64,000 bases of DNA from Nitrosopumilus sp. Its GTDB lineage: Archaea; Thermoproteota; Nitrososphaeria; Nitrososphaerales; Nitrosopumilaceae. The notes beneath the pieces were generated by a model, which was given only the letters and a program-made list of their open reading frames with translations, did not search any database and was not told the origin of the DNA. The DNA lies in assembly GCA_965197525.1 (NCBI GenBank), contig OZ240211.1, positions 1-64,000 on the forward strand, in the 5' to 3' direction. Numbering within the stretch: position 1 is the first letter of the stretch; each line of letters opens with the position of its first letter. Shown piece by piece: positions 48,871 to 56,993 of the stretch. A program made the translations under genes and the position numbers.

Positions 48871-50590
48871 CAGTTAACCCAAAAGTGAGCCTAATCTAAC
48901 GTCTAAAAATCAATGCGGTGCTTTCAAATATCGTCATCTTTGAGAAAAAGACAGGCTTGATGGCTATTGCGTATAGTTTAAAGATCCGTCTGCAGACAAG
49001 ACCGAACATGACAGCCTAATCTTCAGAAAAAGTACTGGCTTTTCTGATACTAGATGTATCAAACATTTTAAAAATATGAACAGTTTTTTATCCTATCTAT
49101 TTGTACATCTAACAGAACGTCTGAAATTTGATGTTTGATGTACGTCGTAGATGTCTAGTACGAACACAGCGATCCGATGTCAGGCGGCGTCTTATAGCGC
49201 GGTTCGTGCCGGGCAAGCACGGTTATTATCTCGATTCGCAGATGTGTCTGCGTCATGCGTTTTGTGTTCTTGTCTGCCGGCTTGGATGTCGCAGACATCA
49301 TCGCATTTATCATCACCCAAGCATTGAACATTACCACAGAGTACAAAAAGCAGAATATCCTGGATACGGTCTTGTTGCTGCGCGTCCGCGCCCTCATCTC
49401 TTCTATCATGCGGTATCCCGTCTCTATGCCCCATCTCTTGGAGTACAGTTCGGCATCCTGAATAGGCATGTTGGTGGCAAATCCGATGAACTCTTCTTCT
49501 GGACGTGTATGCACATCGTCTGATTTTTCCCCACTGCTGCTTTTCTTCCTCTTCCTCTTCTTCTTCTTCTTACGCTCGGTTATGATTATGGTATACTTTA
49601 CTGACACTCCGTCGGCATTTGTGATGTATAGACTCGATACCGCCTTCCGTCTTCCCGCAACAAATTCTGCGATTGCATCCACTACGACATCTGTGTTCTT
49701 GCACGGTACAAGGTAGCCCACATCCATCTTCTCAAGGGCCTCAAAGACACGAGTGGAAAAGAATTCGCGGTCAAGCAATACGGCCCTGATATTACATCCC
49801 ACACTGCGGCATATTGCAATCAGGTCGCGTACAAAACCAGGAACATCCTCAAGTGCTCCCATGTGTAGGACTCCCAGTACAAGACGCGGTCCGCCGTCAA
49901 CGCACTGCGCTGTGATGTACCTCTCAAACGTCCCGGTTCCATTATTTCTTCTTGAACGCGTCAGATCGATGCCGGGTTCTTTGTCCCATCGCGGGATCAG
50001 GTGCATATCTATTGCAATTACCATGCCTTCGTTTGAAACCTGTCCGAGTGCGCGCACCGCATCAAGCTGCAGGCGCACAGAATTGGCAAAATCTTTCATC
50101 ATCTCAGTCCTGTCAATCTTGGCAAGAAGTCCGTTGAACCATTCGTCAGTGGGTGATGATGCCCGATGATGCGTTCCTGCACCCGTACTCCACTCAATAT
50201 GATTCCGTACCGCCGAAGCCGTGGCCCCTACAGAAGAGCCGTTGACTGTAGCCCACATCATGCCCCTGTTAAAGTCGTCAAGCCCGTATGTCCTGTTGGG
50301 GCTGTCCGATATTTTGATGCACGAGCAGATGCTGTCCTCGGCTGCCCTTACTGCTGCATCACTGCGCCTTTTATGCTGGCCGAACCATGATGATGAGAGA
50401 CGAATGTTTTGATTTGACACGTCATATTGTCATAAAAGTTATTTTTATGGTATTGTATTAGGCATTGCATAGAATTATGTCAAAATTTGTTCAGGCATGA
50501 AGTGGTGCTGGTACACAACAAAGGCAGTTGTTAATTTCATATGTGTTAAGGGAAATGATTCATATGAATTGCTTACTTTTGGGTTAACTG
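48871..50590 (-). mobile_element. ISH3-family IS, copy 2 (right arm of composite), near-identical to copy 1
   Basis: Same TIRs and internal sequence as 20001-21714; flanks AAATC / ATTAA unmatched. Confidence 0.92.
49155..50420 (-). CDS. ISH3-family DDE transposase (intact)
   Basis: 421 aa, nearly identical to 20285-21544. Confidence 0.9.
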   Translation of the reverse strand: MSNQNIRLSSSWFGQHKRRSDAAVRAAEDSICSCIKISDSPNRTYGLDDFNRGMMWATVNGSSVGATASAVRNHIEWSTGAGTHHRASSPTDEWFNGLLAKIDRTEMMKDFANSVRLQLDAVRALGQVSNEGMVIAIDMHLIPRWDKEPGIDLTRSRRNNGTGTFERYITAQCVDGGPRLVLGVLHMGALEDVPGFVRDLIAICRSVGCNIRAVLLDREFFSTRVFEALEKMDVGYLVPCKNTDVVVDAIAEFVAGRRKAVSSLYITNADGVSVKYTIIITERKKKKKRKRKKSSSGEKSDDVHTRPEEEFIGFATNMPIQDAELYSKRWGIETGYRMIEEMRARTRSNKTVSRIFCFLYSVVMFNAWVMINAMMSATSKPADKNTKRMTQTHLRIEIITVLARHEPRYKTPPDIGSLCSY

Positions 50591-50599
50591 ATTAACTGG

Positions 50600-52168
50600 A
50601 TGGAAAAAGAAATAGAAGATTTTATTTATAGAACAGTGATTGTAAAACCAAGGCAGACAAAAGAACTGTCATTGAAGGCACGCAGGATTGCAAACTTTCA
50701 GACGTATTTTTTCAACATGGGCGTAGAGGCAGGACTGGTTGAAAAATATGACAAAATCAAGACAAGCCGTACCATTACTGACATACATCACACCATGCCA
50801 TGGAGCAACAGATATCACACCAATGTGGCAACAACTGCGTTCCAACAGGGGCATGATACGGCAGACAAACATTTGAAATCCTGCGCAAAAAAACGCAGAG
50901 TACGAAACTGGGCAAAAAAGACTGGTGACAAGAACCACAACTGGCACACGTCATTTAAAAATCTCAAACCAAACAAATGGATTGACAGAAACAGTTTGTT
51001 CAGAAACGCCAAAAATGCAAAACATGCATCCATAACAGTAAACGGTAAGCATCCCTCGCTAAGGATGGGAAAGTGGAAAAAACTGTACATGAATCTGCCT
51101 GGTATGGGTCAGGTGGAGCTGTTGTCGTCTTTGAATAATCTTCCAAAGCAACTGGCATGTGAAAGAGACAAAAACAGCACTAGCAAATTCTACCAGACCA
51201 ACATTGTATCATACAGGCTTGTAGAGAACACCAAAAAAATCACTGTCAATACAAACGATTCGAACCGCACGTTTGAGATCCATCTGACACTAAAAATACA
51301 GAGACCTAAAAATACGGATCGTACAGTCGTATGCGGAATAGACATGGGGGTTAAGAGATCCCTAGTCGTTCATGACGGAATAAATGCCGATTTTTACAGG
51401 ACACCTTATTCCTGTAGGAGAAAGAAAGACGATGTAGTCTCAGAACAACAGTCAAAAAGAGACGGCCACAAACTGCATAGTAACAGATGGAAAAAAGAGG
51501 ATCGCAAACTGAAGAGGATGAAGAAAACACTCAACAACAGAAGAACCGAGCACAATAATTTCCTTGCCAAACAGATTGTGATGAGAACAGGAGTGATAGT
51601 CATGGAAAAACTAAACATTGGCAATATGACTGCAAAAAATGAAAAGCGGAAAAGCGGCCTTAACAGGGAGATTTACGGGGCAGGTATGGGAAGAATGGGG
51701 GATAGAATAAAAATGACTGCCGAAAACCACGGAACCAAAACGCTTGAGATTGTTCCGCATTATACCAGCATAACGTGTAGTAAGTGCAATATGATCAACA
51801 GCAACTCTAGAACTACCAGGGATGCGTTTCAATGCGTATACTGTGGATTTTTGTGCGATGCAGACGATAACGCCAGCACAAACATCAGACATTACGGACT
51901 TCCGTGCATACGAAGGCTCCCGCTTGTAGACAGATATGGAAACTACAGGTGTGACAGCATGGAAAATATTATTTTAGCTAATAAAAATGGCACATCTAAT
52001 AGTGTCAGTGTTATTAGGGGCGGTAGGGATTATCGTCACAAGACAGAAGAATCAAAATATGGCTTACACCATGTTGTTTCTAAAAAAGACGGCAAGAACC
52101 AAGCTGTGAATGATTTGTTGGACTGTCAGAAAAAAACCTTGGTGTATAAATGTAACCTAGGTATATAA
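50600..52168 (+). CDS. tnpB: TnpB-family RNA-guided nuclease, 522 aa, RuvC triad intact
   Basis: RuvC-I GIDMG, RuvC-II VMEKL, PHYTSITCSKC / CVYCG zinc finger, RuvC-III DADDNAS; stop codon lies inside the right TIR. Confidence 0.9.
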   Translation: MEKEIEDFIYRTVIVKPRQTKELSLKARRIANFQTYFFNMGVEAGLVEKYDKIKTSRTITDIHHTMPWSNRYHTNVATTAFQQGHDTADKHLKSCAKKRRVRNWAKKTGDKNHNWHTSFKNLKPNKWIDRNSLFRNAKNAKHASITVNGKHPSLRMGKWKKLYMNLPGMGQVELLSSLNNLPKQLACERDKNSTSKFYQTNIVSYRLVENTKKITVNTNDSNRTFEIHLTLKIQRPKNTDRTVVCGIDMGVKRSLVVHDGINADFYRTPYSCRRKKDDVVSEQQSKRDGHKLHSNRWKKEDRKLKRMKKTLNNRRTEHNNFLAKQIVMRTGVIVMEKLNIGNMTAKNEKRKSGLNREIYGAGMGRMGDRIKMTAENHGTKTLEIVPHYTSITCSKCNMINSNSRTTRDAFQCVYCGFLCDADDNASTNIRHYGLPCIRRLPLVDRYGNYRCDSMENIILANKNGTSNSVSVIRGGRDYRHKTEESKYGLHHVVSKKDGKNQAVNDLLDCQKKTLVYKCNLGI

Positions 52169-52227
52169 TTCCCCTACTGAATATTATCACAAACAGCTTT
52201 TTTAAATGGCGATACAAACCATTGATT

Positions 52228-52566
52228 ATGTCTGATGATCTCCAGAAGCGAGCAGCTGATATGTTGTTAAATGGTGCGACATTACTCGGTGAGCCTTGTC
52301 CATACTGTAACGGTGTTAGAGTTCTGAATCACGGATATGCGTTATGTACTAGTTGTGGCAGCGAACCTGAATCAAAGGATGTTCATTCTCCTTCTACTCC
52401 AACAAATCATAATCCTCCTCCTCCTCCTCCTATTGATGATGTTTTACAACAAAAGATAGACTCTCTATCAAAAGAACTGGCATCAGAAAGAGATCATCAA
52501 AGACAACAAAATATCCTAAAAACAATAAATTTGCTGTTAGATACGGCAAATAGGATTAAAAGCTGA
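52228..52566 (+). CDS. UPF0148 / autoantigen p27 zinc-ribbon protein
   Basis: AADMLLNGATLLGEPCPYC...CTSCG, coiled-coil C-terminus. Confidence 0.85.
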   Translation: MSDDLQKRAADMLLNGATLLGEPCPYCNGVRVLNHGYALCTSCGSEPESKDVHSPSTPTNHNPPPPPPIDDVLQQKIDSLSKELASERDHQRQQNILKTINLLLDTANRIKS

Positions 52567-52941
52567 TTACTAGTGTATATTCTTCAGTCTTTATTTACGA
52601 TATTTAGGGAATTATATACACGAGTAGTCATCCCCCATGTCTTTTCTTGGCGTTCTGAAAAAGTCAAACGGCTTCTCGTCAGAAGAACCTTCTTCATTGG
52701 TTGACGGATTCAAACCATCCCCATTCTTGCGCATATAGCAACGTGCACAAGTTTCTGTAAATGATATTTTATGACCATCATAGGCATAATGCCTCTTGTC
52801 TGGGGAATATGCCAAAAGCAAAAAAAAAAAAAAAATGCATGGAAGATTAAAATTCAGATTCATGTATGGCTATACATACCACATTGGAAAAAAATGCAGG
52901 CACCAACATGATACGTACAGAAGATCAAGCTGTTCGTACAA

Positions 52942-53337
52942 TCATTGCTTTTGTGCAGATTTAGACGATATCTGGTGTTGATACAATGTCGGGATTTGGC
53001 GGGTGCCATCCATCTTTATGAATAGCCGCATGATTCCTTTGGGCGGTTTTCTCTTCTGGCATTTCTTAAAATTATAATCAAACTTGTGTACTAGGATAAA
53101 CTCATACACTGCTGCCAGATGTGCATCCTTGTCTGCATAACGTAGGAAATGATTCATTGCACGTTTGAGTACGCACCATACTTCCTCTACAGGACTCGTA
53201 TGTGAATGTTCTACAGGATACCCCATGACAATAATGTCGAGCTCTGCAAAGAATCTTTCTGCTTCCTGGGATGTATGCCGCGATGCCTTGTCTAGTATCA
53301 TGACCATCTTACCTGCCTCCCTGTACACCTTGTCCAT
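52942..53337 (-). pseudogene. IS630 transposase C-terminal remnant
   Basis: MILDKASRH, YPVEHSHTSPVEEVW (degenerate P..SP.LNPIE..W). Confidence 0.75.
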
Positions 53338-53594
53338 ATGTTCTAGAAAGGAACCCCACTGTCTGGCATATCGCCTTATCTGCGTAGTGTTCCCATTTGA
53401 TAATAGCTCATTTTGATTTTATTATTTTTGTACATCTCTTGTATAAATATTATTTATCTTGTCAATGTCAGTATACAGAATGTTTGTAATATTCTACTTG
53501 AACATGAAAATACATTTAGTTAAAAAATAATTTACTAAATACGCAATATTTTTTAAACCAAAAAGCTGTATTACGATAACGATTTGAACAACAC

Positions 53595-53982
53595 ATGACA
53601 GCAGAAAAATCCCTGCCTACAGGCAGCAAATTTCTATATGGAACAAGTGTAGGACGTCTGAAAAAGATGCAAAGAAATGAAAAGGATCCCAAAGCTGCCA
53701 AAAGACTTCTTGTGTTTATCAAGAGGAAAGGGAACATGGCCATCCGTAAGATATGTGACTTGATGAACATGTCATACACGACTGTGCGCCAATGGTTGTG
53801 GCGTGCAACGGATATGGGATTACAAGGAAGATACGACAATGTACGCCCCGGAATGCCATGCAGGCTTGATGACTCACAACTGAAATGTCTCAGAGCGGAT
53901 CTTATTGCAGGCCCTCAAAAGTGCGGATTCATGTCAAATGTATGGACTGCGCGACTGGTGTTAATACATCAGAAGTTGAAAA
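53595..53982 (+). pseudogene. IS630 transposase N-terminal (HTH) remnant, cut off by IS3 remnant
   Basis: RPGMPCRLDDSQL..GPQKCGF..WTARLV parallels the intact IS630 at 16826-17977. Confidence 0.75.
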
Positions 53983-54598
53983 TGTACCCTCTACACACGT
54001 TTTTTACGCATAATTTTACAAGCTAACGCACATAATTTTTTGATACATGGAACCTGTACTGCCATGCGTCTGGTTCCATACGTGGGTCGCTTGGAGGATA
54101 TCTCTCTTACCTTGTCTGTGACCTCTGCATTTATCATAACATCTCTTGATTTTTTAGTATAATGCCAAGCGTGTTTGGACATCCCGCAATACTGCAAGGC
54201 TTTGTTCAGACTCATCTCTTTGCTTGTTTCACGTACTGCCTGCATCCTCATCGTTTTGTTCCCTCCAAAGTTTTTTTTAAAACGTCGTTGGCTATGGTGA
54301 TCTCACCTATTATACGCTTGAGATTCTCTACCTCTTTTGCATGATTTTTGGTCTTGCTTCCTTTGTTTATGAGAGCCTCCTTGCCTCCCTGCAGAAACTT
54401 GTCTTTCCAGTCTTGGAATGTGGTTGGAGATATGTTGTGTTTGCGACACAATTCGGCAGCAGATATACTGGTATTGATAAATTCCATTACAATTATTGCC
54501 TTATCTTGAGGGTTACGCTTCTTGTTCATACCCTTCCTCTAACCTCCTGTCCCAAAAAGTATACGGATTTGATCGGTTTCATTATAGAGGGGTCCGCA
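53983..54598 (-). mobile_element. Internally deleted IS3-family element (OrfA intact, OrfB truncated)
   Basis: OrfA 54248-54529 (AELCRKHNISPTTFQDWK), A8C slippery site at OrfA/OrfB overlap, OrfB RPTYGTRRM; end TG.. at 54598. Confidence 0.75.
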
Positions 54599-54671
54599 CC
54601 AAAAAAAAAACAGGGTTCAGGTTACTATTTTTGATCACAAGATAATTATATCATACTCTATTACATAACAC

Positions 54672-56510
54672 ATGCTCATATATTCCAGTTTTGAGGATGG
54701 ACGAACTATTTTTGGGATCCCACACTATAATTATTATTTTAACACATGTTCTATACTCAAAGTATCACCCTGTACGGATGACGTCGACGGTTCCATAACG
54801 CCGACATCAAGCGGTACCGTTGATGCAAGCCAGGCCGGAACGTACACCGTGACCTACTCTTGTACGGATTTGGCAAACAATGAGGCTACACCGGTGTCAA
54901 GAACCGTGATCGTTTCAGAGAGTATGGGCCAGTCTCCCCCCCCTCTCAACCACCCTCCTACTGTCGATGCCGGATCTGACCGTACCGTCAACGAAATGAC
55001 GACAGTCACGCTGTCAGGGTCTGCAAGCAATCCCGATGTCGGCGACATCCTGACGTACTCGTGGTCGCAGGACTCTGGGACGCCAGTGGTGACGCTGACA
55101 AACGACGACACCCTCCGGCCGCAGTTTACGGCGCCGGGTGTCGCCTCTGATGTGGAGGAGGTGGAGTTTGTATTCAGACTTGCCGTCACAGACGACCTAG
55201 ACAAATCCGCAGAGGACACCGTCACAATAACCGTGCGTAATGTGCCCATAACGGTATCGTCTGCCACGTACAATCCCGGCAACGGGCAGCTGACGATTAC
55301 ATTCAACTATGACATTGGCACCGTCGACTATTCCGGACTACACGTGCGCAGTGCAGACTCTGATACCGGCGGCATTACGCTCTTTGATGCAGACTCTAGG
55401 GACATATCCTCTGCCAGAACGATAACTGCAGTCCTTGACTCTGACATGAGGGAGACGTATGCGGATCTGACTGACCCGCATCTTGTTACTGATAACGGCG
55501 CTGTAACGGACACTGACGGTGACACGACAACTGACGTGCCGGACCTGCCCATAAGGGATGTAAGCTCCCGCAAAAAATCATCCTCACTCCCGCCAGCAGT
55601 TGACTTGGGCACGCTGGCATACCAGAGACATGTCGACATCCCGCCGCACATTGCAGAGCAGATGACATCACGCAGCGACTCTGACCCGCTTGAGCCACTC
55701 GTACCCGATGGTACCTTTGAGTTTCCGCTTGTGATAAACGGGTACGGCTACCTGCTCGATGCTTCCATCAACACGCTGGTACCTCAGACTGTCACGGCAG
55801 GGGACGACGGTTCTGTGACTATCACCTTTACCGTGTACACCGAAAAGGATCTTGCACACTTTGCACTGTACCTTAACTTGCAGGACGGCAATACCGACTA
55901 TGTAGACAGCGACACGTACATAATGTACAAAGACGGCGACGGCACGACAGTTGTGACTGACCCGCACGGATACATCGCCGACGCCACAATCACCGTGACG
56001 CAGGAGGACGACTCTGTACCTGAAAGGAAGACTGTTCGGATAACCATAGAGTTTGGAGATGAGCCGATGGGTTCCACCAACATGGTCGCATACATGTGGA
56101 ATACCGACAGAAAGGCCACGTTCGTCAGGATGATTGACGCACTTGAGGTGGTAATGGCACTACCGCTGCTGCCTCCACAGGAGCCTGTCATGCAGGCAGC
56201 AGACCCTGAACCCGTCGAACCTGACTCCGTACTCCCTACAGACCCCGAACCCGCATTCTATGACATACTGGAACCGGATGATTACGACGAGGTGCAAGTC
56301 CTGCACCTCATACGCATGTGGTCAGGTTTTGAGCCCGAGATGATCACAGACGAGCAGCTGCTGGCCTCGCTCGGATTTGATGATGACGACTATCCAGACG
56401 CGGACATTCCCGACTGGGTGATGACCAAGCTGGGGGTGTTGGTAGTAAAGGGCGATGTCACGGTAAACGAGTTAGTGCTTGTACTGCAGTACGTACTGGA
56501 TGGTACATAG
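54672..56510 (+). CDS. N-terminally truncated surface protein (DUF5011-like, PKD-like, conserved C-terminal domain)
   Basis: No signal peptide; CTDDVDG..GTYTVTYSCTD, PTVDAGSD PKD motif; C-terminus homologous to that of 36490-41958. Confidence 0.75.
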   Translation: MLIYSSFEDGRTIFGIPHYNYYFNTCSILKVSPCTDDVDGSITPTSSGTVDASQAGTYTVTYSCTDLANNEATPVSRTVIVSESMGQSPPPLNHPPTVDAGSDRTVNEMTTVTLSGSASNPDVGDILTYSWSQDSGTPVVTLTNDDTLRPQFTAPGVASDVEEVEFVFRLAVTDDLDKSAEDTVTITVRNVPITVSSATYNPGNGQLTITFNYDIGTVDYSGLHVRSADSDTGGITLFDADSRDISSARTITAVLDSDMRETYADLTDPHLVTDNGAVTDTDGDTTTDVPDLPIRDVSSRKKSSSLPPAVDLGTLAYQRHVDIPPHIAEQMTSRSDSDPLEPLVPDGTFEFPLVINGYGYLLDASINTLVPQTVTAGDDGSVTITFTVYTEKDLAHFALYLNLQDGNTDYVDSDTYIMYKDGDGTTVVTDPHGYIADATITVTQEDDSVPERKTVRITIEFGDEPMGSTNMVAYMWNTDRKATFVRMIDALEVVMALPLLPPQEPVMQAADPEPVEPDSVLPTDPEPAFYDILEPDDYDEVQVLHLIRMWSGFEPEMITDEQLLASLGFDDDDYPDADIPDWVMTKLGVLVVKGDVTVNELVLVLQYVLDGT

Positions 56511-56552
56511 GTGATACGAAATGCCTCAGACCGACATGCCTCTTGGTACTGC

Positions 56553-56757
56553 TCTCCCTCTGATGAAACCAATCAAATCCGTATACTTTTTGGAACAGGA
56601 GGTTAGAGGGATGGCATGCACAAGAAGTAACCACAAGGCAATAATCGTAATGGAATTTATCAATACCGGCATTCTGCTGCCGAATTGTGTCGCAAACACA
56701 ACACATATCTCCAACCACATTCCAAGACTGGAAAGACAAGTTTCTACAGGAGGCCAG
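56553..56757 (+). pseudogene. Degenerate second copy of the IS3 left end and OrfA
   Basis: gatgaaaccaatcaaatccgtatactttttggaacaggaggttagag...cattccaagactggaaagacaagtttct matches the reverse complement of ~54380-54590. Confidence 0.8.
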
Positions 56758-56993
56758 TGGGGGGGGGGGTGGTAGGGTGTATGTGTGGATAGAGGAAGAG
56801 CTGTGTCGTATCGCCGTTCCCCATGTATTTACCATTATGCAAGAGACACTCGGAGATCTCATACACGGTTTGATGTCTTTTGCCAACCCCATCCGTATTT
56901 ACGCTTAACTGTCATTGATTGCCTGATCAATTGGTTCATAGTTGATTCTGTGCATCTTTCATATCAACATCTTTCTGCTTCGATCGATGAGAA

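Larger units (their letters stand above)
33773..50590. mobile_element. Putative 16.8-kb composite ISH3 transposon carrying an adhesin gene
   Basis: Two ISH3 copies in inverted orientation; outer flanks are identical ATTAA (33768-72, 50591-95) while neither copy has its own duplication. Confidence 0.7.
33714..52173 (+). mobile_element. TIR-bounded tnpB element (about 1.64 kb originally), split by a composite ISH3 insertion
   Basis: TIRs GGGAATTACATACTTGGATTACATTATAC (33714-33742) and reverse complement of 52144-52173 match at 25/30 columns; 8-bp direct repeat CTACTGAA at 33706-33713 and 52174-52181. Confidence 0.8.

Noticed and set aside
50600-52168. TnpB as a CRISPR effector (Cas12f-like size)
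   Set aside because: No repeat-spacer array, cas1/cas2/cas4 or tracrRNA-like anti-repeat is visible nearby; the ends indicate a transposon.
52612-52863. 83-aa ORF containing the A16 run at 52820-52835
   Set aside because: No recognisable motif; the frame depends on a long homopolymer.
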